DNA of 23,166 bases from a virus. Its lineage: Duplodnaviria > Heunggongvirae > Uroviricota > Caudoviricetes. The stretch covers positions 1 to 23,166 of the IMG/VR virus record IMGVR_UViG_2565956631_000014; one strand, given 5' to 3'. Every line of letters begins with the position of its first letter. Positions within the stretch are counted from its first letter, which is position 1. The position numbers were made by a program, and so were the translations under genes. A model generated the notes under the pieces. That model had not been told where the DNA came from. It saw nothing but the letters and a program-made list of their open reading frames with translations, and did no database searches. Positions 18,621-23,166 of the stretch are shown piece after piece.

Positions 18621-21308
18621 ATGACAGACATTACAGCCAATGTTGTAGTGAGCATGCCTTCGCAACTCTTCACTATGGCGCGTTCTTTTAAAGCGGTTGC
18701 CAATGGCAAAATTTATATCGGTAAAATTGACACTGACCCGGTAAATCCTGAAAACCAGATTCAGGTTTATGTTGAGAATGAAGACGGTTCTCACGTTCCT
18801 GTTTCGCAACCAATCATCATTAACGCTGCTGGTTACCCGGTATATAACGGACAGATTGCCAAGTTCGTAACTGTGCAAGGCCACTCTATGGCTGTTTATG
18901 ATGCGTATGGTGCGCAGCAGTTCTATTTTCCTAATGTGCTGAAGTATGACCCTGATCAGTCATTGAAATATGTAGAAGGGGCATTGCTTGTTACTGACTT
19001 AGGTAATGGGACGTTTAAGAATAGTAGAAAAGACGTTGCCATTGGGGATAATCTAACAGGAACCAATTTTATTAGAATAAACGGCGGCGTCTATAAATGC
19101 ACTCCAGTTGCAACTGGAATTGTTACTGAGATCAAACATAGATACATTATCGCAGGCGGGGTTAAAAGCTACCTGTCTCATATTTCTAGGCATGTCAGTG
19201 GTACGCGTAGGCCGCTGAACTGGAAATTAGAATTCAGCATCATAGACGATGAGATTACCGCAGATCTTAAAGATCAGTATGGTTACACGACCATGGGATT
19301 TCAGGGGATTTACATAGACAGCAATGATGGAATGGTATACATCGGCTGGCAGACGCTAGACCCCGCATCGGTATGGGTTACGGTGCATGACTGGGTAACA
19401 GGAGCATTGGTAACACGTCTTCATTTTCCGAATAACGTTGGTGCACCAGAAGGCATCCACGTTTACCGAGTGGCAGGACAGCGTTACATCCTGCTGCCGT
19501 ACAGCCCATCTCGCACTATCAGAATTTACCCTATCGAAGATCCGCGTACGCTGGTTGATAAAACGCAGATTACAAACTTCACTGAATCAACACGCCTTGG
19601 AGTGCGATATCAGTTTAGTGGCTTTGGTAATACCCTGATATACGAAAATGCGGATATGGGTTGGCCGAAAATTTTTGATGTTGAGACAGGTGTATCCAAT
19701 ATCTTTAACACACTGGATATTAACAGCCTTATAGAAGGATCTTACAGTCCAATGGGGACTATTACGGTTGATGCAAATGTTGGAGGTCGCGGAGCCGGTA
19801 AACCAAAACGGCAGGGTGTCGCTCTTGGTTCTCAACGGATATTTGCTGGTATTGGTGCATCTACCACGGCGGGATCTGGAAATACTTTCGCAGGGTTGCA
19901 GGGTTATATTGAGTACAGCCTTAATGGTTCAGAATTAGGTCAGTACCTGCTGTCACCTGCAGATTTCAAAACATACTGGGATAGTTATTCAGGGAAGAGT
20001 GTTTACTCCACTGAAAATGAGGGGGTGCAGTCTTGTGATATTTCTGGCTCTGAGGAATTGTATCTTCTACAGTCTATTCGCTATGACAATGGGGGCGGAT
20101 CAAATTATAGGACTTTAAACATCATTCGCGCTAACTGTCCATCTAATGAACCTGGAACAGTAGACATGACTCCGCTATCCAATGCCTCATCACAGTTATT
20201 TAACCCTCGCGGAAGGGTGATTAACGCTGGCCGTCACCCTGTAAACCCGGCTGATGGTATTGCGCTATTTACATCGGCACAGGCTATTTGTGACTATTTG
20301 CGGAATACAGATGCAGGTAGATATGTGACATATCTTGAACAGGATATGCCACTGTTTGAAGGTGGGCCATCTGCGCCAGGACAGATGACGCTGCCAGCAT
20401 TCTGCCTATTGCAGATCGACTTCATCAACGGCGATACCTGGGAAATTACAGTTAATGGAACTAACAGGGCTAATAATTATACAGGAAGGATTTCCAAAAA
20501 CGGCGGGTACAACTCTTTTACTAAGGTGTCCTCCCGCAGCATGTCGATTCTCGGATCCCCTGGTCTGGTTGATGTATCAATTCGCTCACCTAACTCACTA
20601 AATCTTCCAGAATTTGCTGGAGACTGGTCTACTGGTGTAAGTATAGGAGCTGCAGGTGGGGTGACAAACTGGCAGCCAGAAGGAACAGGTAACGGAGCAT
20701 TATGGGAGTCAGGATATGCAAAAAACCGTGTGTTGCAGATATTCATGTCCACAACATCAAAACTGTTCTTCCGCTACGCAGACGATGCTATTCGCGCAGG
20801 TAACACAGGCTGGGCTGAGGCATGGTCGTCGCTGAACACGACCGTCGATTCAAGTGGTTTCATCAAAAAAGCCTCTCCGGTTGTGAAGATTTTCTCAGAC
20901 GGTAGTAGTGAAACAAATCGCGAATCAGATGGGGTAACCGTCACACGGCTGGCATTGGGTGAATATCTGATTGAGGGTTGCGTAGGTCTGAATGCAGATG
21001 CTTCATGGGGGGGGATTGATGGTGGATTTGAAATACCGCAGGACCGAAACAAGCAGCCGCTCATCTGGCTGGATTATGTTGTTAACCAAGATGGATCTGT
21101 GTTGGTGAAAACGTTTCACCGCACTCATGATAACTCGCCCGTTTTTGCACGTAACGACATCCCTGGTGTTTCGAACGGTGACCCGATCGACATTCCTGCT
21201 AATCAATTCGTTTCTGTGCGAGTACAGATGCCTGAGGATTCTGCATGGAATAAGCTTAAGGAACAACTAAATAAGGCTGAATTGATAGAAGATGATGTTG
21301 TGGAATAG
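18621..21308 (+). CDS. tailspike protein: P22 gp9-type head-binding N-terminus, uncharacterised receptor-binding C-terminal region
   Basis: 895 aa; GGAG SD. First ~115 aa ([43 protein letters not shown]...VLKYDPDQ) are near-identical to the P22-family tailspike head-binding domain. The remaining ~780 aa show no motif I recognise. Confidence 0.85.
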   Translation: MTDITANVVVSMPSQLFTMARSFKAVANGKIYIGKIDTDPVNPENQIQVYVENEDGSHVPVSQPIIINAAGYPVYNGQIAKFVTVQGHSMAVYDAYGAQQFYFPNVLKYDPDQSLKYVEGALLVTDLGNGTFKNSRKDVAIGDNLTGTNFIRINGGVYKCTPVATGIVTEIKHRYIIAGGVKSYLSHISRHVSGTRRPLNWKLEFSIIDDEITADLKDQYGYTTMGFQGIYIDSNDGMVYIGWQTLDPASVWVTVHDWVTGALVTRLHFPNNVGAPEGIHVYRVAGQRYILLPYSPSRTIRIYPIEDPRTLVDKTQITNFTESTRLGVRYQFSGFGNTLIYENADMGWPKIFDVETGVSNIFNTLDINSLIEGSYSPMGTITVDANVGGRGAGKPKRQGVALGSQRIFAGIGASTTAGSGNTFAGLQGYIEYSLNGSELGQYLLSPADFKTYWDSYSGKSVYSTENEGVQSCDISGSEELYLLQSIRYDNGGGSNYRTLNIIRANCPSNEPGTVDMTPLSNASSQLFNPRGRVINAGRHPVNPADGIALFTSAQAICDYLRNTDAGRYVTYLEQDMPLFEGGPSAPGQMTLPAFCLLQIDFINGDTWEITVNGTNRANNYTGRISKNGGYNSFTKVSSRSMSILGSPGLVDVSIRSPNSLNLPEFAGDWSTGVSIGAAGGVTNWQPEGTGNGALWESGYAKNRVLQIFMSTTSKLFFRYADDAIRAGNTGWAEAWSSLNTTVDSSGFIKKASPVVKIFSDGSSETNRESDGVTVTRLALGEYLIEGCVGLNADASWGGIDGGFEIPQDRNKQPLIWLDYVVNQDGSVLVKTFHRTHDNSPVFARNDIPGVSNGDPIDIPANQFVSVRVQMPEDSAWNKLKEQLNKAELIEDDVVE

Positions 21309-21999
21309 GTCTGTGATATTGGCATAGGTATAAGTGTCCGCTATTTGGGTGGCATTACGCCACCTTTTCATCAATCCAGTCCGACCACCACTGCATCATT
21401 TCTCTGCGCTTAATGTAGCGGATGCCTCACTATCACATAGTGATGGTTCATTACTGGTTTGCATAATGGATAGAGAACTGAGGATAAAAGATATCCCAAA
21501 ACTCCAAAATCTCATCTTTAGGATTTGCAGAAAGGGAGGCGTGAACAAATACCTGCGCATGAAAACGGAACTAGTCCAGATGTGATGTTTGTGGTGATCA
21601 CATACATCATCAACGATGCTCGTTATGGTGAGTTTTATGACTGCCAAGTAATGTGAAAATTGCGATGCGTACCAAATTGTGTACCAAATTAAAATCACAA
21701 ATCATGAAACCCTTGTTCATGGCGGTTCTCAGGGGTATTGCGCGTAATCGTGAAACAAAAAGGTAGATTGTTGCTTACCGTCATTCATCATTAGGTTAAA
21801 TCCGTTGTTTCTGCTGTCTGCCAGAGTATCAAATATCACCGTGCTAATCAGCTTTAGCGCAACAATTTGACAGCGAGTGGCAACAGATCATGTCAGATAA
21901 AAATGCGAGGGTAGTCACATTTTCTTGCACTTTATTCCAGCCAGTTCATAAGTATTTCCGTAAAAAGAACAGCTATTTGAAACTCCTGAGGGTTTGCTG

Positions 22000-23166
22000 T
22001 TGAAACGCCGTCTTATTATTGCTGCTTCTTTGTTCGTTTTTAACTTATCGTCTGGTTTTGCGGCGGAAAACATTCCTTTTTCACCTCAGCCTCCAGAGAT
22101 TCATGCCGGCTCCTGGGTATTGATGGATTACACCACCGGTCAGATCCTCACCGCGGGTAATGAGCATCAACAGCGCAATCCCGCCAGCCTGACAAAGCTG
22201 ATGACGGGCTATGTCGTGGATCGCGCTATCGATAGTCATCGCATTACGCCAGACGATATTGTCACCGTGGGGCGCGATGCGTGGGCGAAAGATAATCCAG
22301 TGTTTGTCGGTTCTTCACTGATGTTTTTGAAAGAGGGCGATCGCGTATCGGTACGTGATTTAAGCCGTGGTTTAATTGTGGATTCCGGAAATGATGCTTG
22401 TGTTGCTCTGGCTGACTATATTGCCGGTGGGCAACGGCAGTTTGTTGAAATGATGAACAACTATGCCGAGAAGCTGCATCTCAAGGATACGCATTTTGAA
22501 ACAGTGCATGGTCTGGATGCACCAGGCCAGCATAGCTCGGCTTATGATTTAGCTGTGCTTTCTCGCGCTATCATCCACGGCGAGCCCGAGTTTTATCATA
22601 TGTACAGTGAGAAAAGTCTCACCTGGAACGGTATCACCCAGCAAAACCGTAACGGGTTATTGTGGGATAAAACCATGAATGTTGACGGCCTGAAAACGGG
22701 TCATACTTCTGGTGCCGGGTTTAATCTCATTGCTTCGGCTGTAGATGGGCAGCGTCGTCTCATTGCAGTGGTAATGGGGGCTGACAGTGCAAAAGGTCGT
22801 GAGGAAGAGGCAAGAAAATTACTGCGTTGGGGGCAACAAAACTTTACTACGGTGCAAATTTTGCATCGTGGGAAAAAGGTCGGTACGGAACGCATCTGGT
22901 ATGGCGATAAAGAAAATATCGCCCTGGGAACGGAACAAGAGTTCTGGATGGTGCTACCGAAAGCCGAAATTCCACATATCAAAGCCAAATATACCCTTGA
23001 TGGTAAAGAGCTCACTGCGCCAATTAGCGCCCATCAGCGGGTAGGGGAAATTGAACTTTACGACCGTGATAAACAGGTGGCGCACTGGCCGCTGGTTACC
23101 CTGGAATCTGTCGGGGAAGGCAGCATGTTTTCCCGCCTGAGTGATTATTTCCACCATAAGGCTTGA
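22000..23166 (+). CDS. dacD: D-alanyl-D-alanine carboxypeptidase DacD (PBP6b), host chromosomal gene
   Basis: 388 aa from TTG 22000 (GAGGG 7 nt upstream; track ORF begins at TTG 21994). Signal peptide, SXXK (ASLTK), SXN (SGN) and KTG (KTGHT) motifs of class C penicillin-binding proteins; paralogous to but distinct from DacA. Matches my recollection of E. coli DacD. Stop is the last base of the window. Confidence 0.85.
   Translation: MKRRLIIAASLFVFNLSSGFAAENIPFSPQPPEIHAGSWVLMDYTTGQILTAGNEHQQRNPASLTKLMTGYVVDRAIDSHRITPDDIVTVGRDAWAKDNPVFVGSSLMFLKEGDRVSVRDLSRGLIVDSGNDACVALADYIAGGQRQFVEMMNNYAEKLHLKDTHFETVHGLDAPGQHSSAYDLAVLSRAIIHGEPEFYHMYSEKSLTWNGITQQNRNGLLWDKTMNVDGLKTGHTSGAGFNLIASAVDGQRRLIAVVMGADSAKGREEEARKLLRWGQQNFTTVQILHRGKKVGTERIWYGDKENIALGTEQEFWMVLPKAEIPHIKAKYTLDGKELTAPISAHQRVGEIELYDRDKQVAHWPLVTLESVGEGSMFSRLSDYFHHKA

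Noticed and set aside
18489-18884. N-terminal 132-residue extension of the minus-strand ORF 18231..18884
   Set aside because: Only the last 85 residues resemble Mnt, and they start at an ATG with an SD; the extension runs antisense into the tailspike start and has no coding-like features.
21334-21698. Small ORFs 21334..21585 (+) and 21396..21698 (-) between tailspike and dacD
   Set aside because: Mutually overlapping, no RBS, no motifs; more likely non-coding junction DNA. No tRNA or integrase signature seen here.
21994-21999. Earlier TTG start for dacD given by the ORF track
   Set aside because: The TTG at 22000 has GAGGG at proper spacing and gives the 388-aa length I recall for DacD; the 21994 TTG would overlap the SD.

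Overview
The window holds the late (virion) half of a P22-like lambdoid prophage of an Enterobacteriaceae host, its right-hand junction with the chromosome, and the host gene dacD. All gene calls rest on reading the supplied ORF track, on motifs and on remembered reference proteins (P22 gp1, gp9, Mnt, Arc, Ant; Sf6 gp1); no database search or computation was run. From left to right on the + strand: a KilA-N protein and three small ORFs, small and large terminase, portal, scaffold, coat, head-completion and tail-hub proteins, a tail needle with a coiled-coil repeat, a gp14-like protein and three ejection proteins (1..15208). Next comes an AT-rich accessory island (15230..18620) resembling the P22 immI region: a minus-strand operon of an Mnt-like repressor plus a multi-pass membrane protein at the sieA position, a divergent promoter/operator region, an Arc-like repressor, two antirepressor-like genes, a 73-aa ORF, a strong terminator and a second Mnt paralogue. 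Then follows an 895-aa tailspike with a P22-type N-terminus and an unrecognised receptor-binding part (18621..21308), about 690 bp of non-coding DNA that should contain the prophage end, and dacD ending at the last base. The best candidates for an undescribed function are the Mnt-like/membrane-protein operon (possible superinfection exclusion or defence), the duplicated Mnt and split antirepressor arrangement, and the tailspike C-terminal region. No rRNA, tRNA, CRISPR array, integrase or transposase was recognised.
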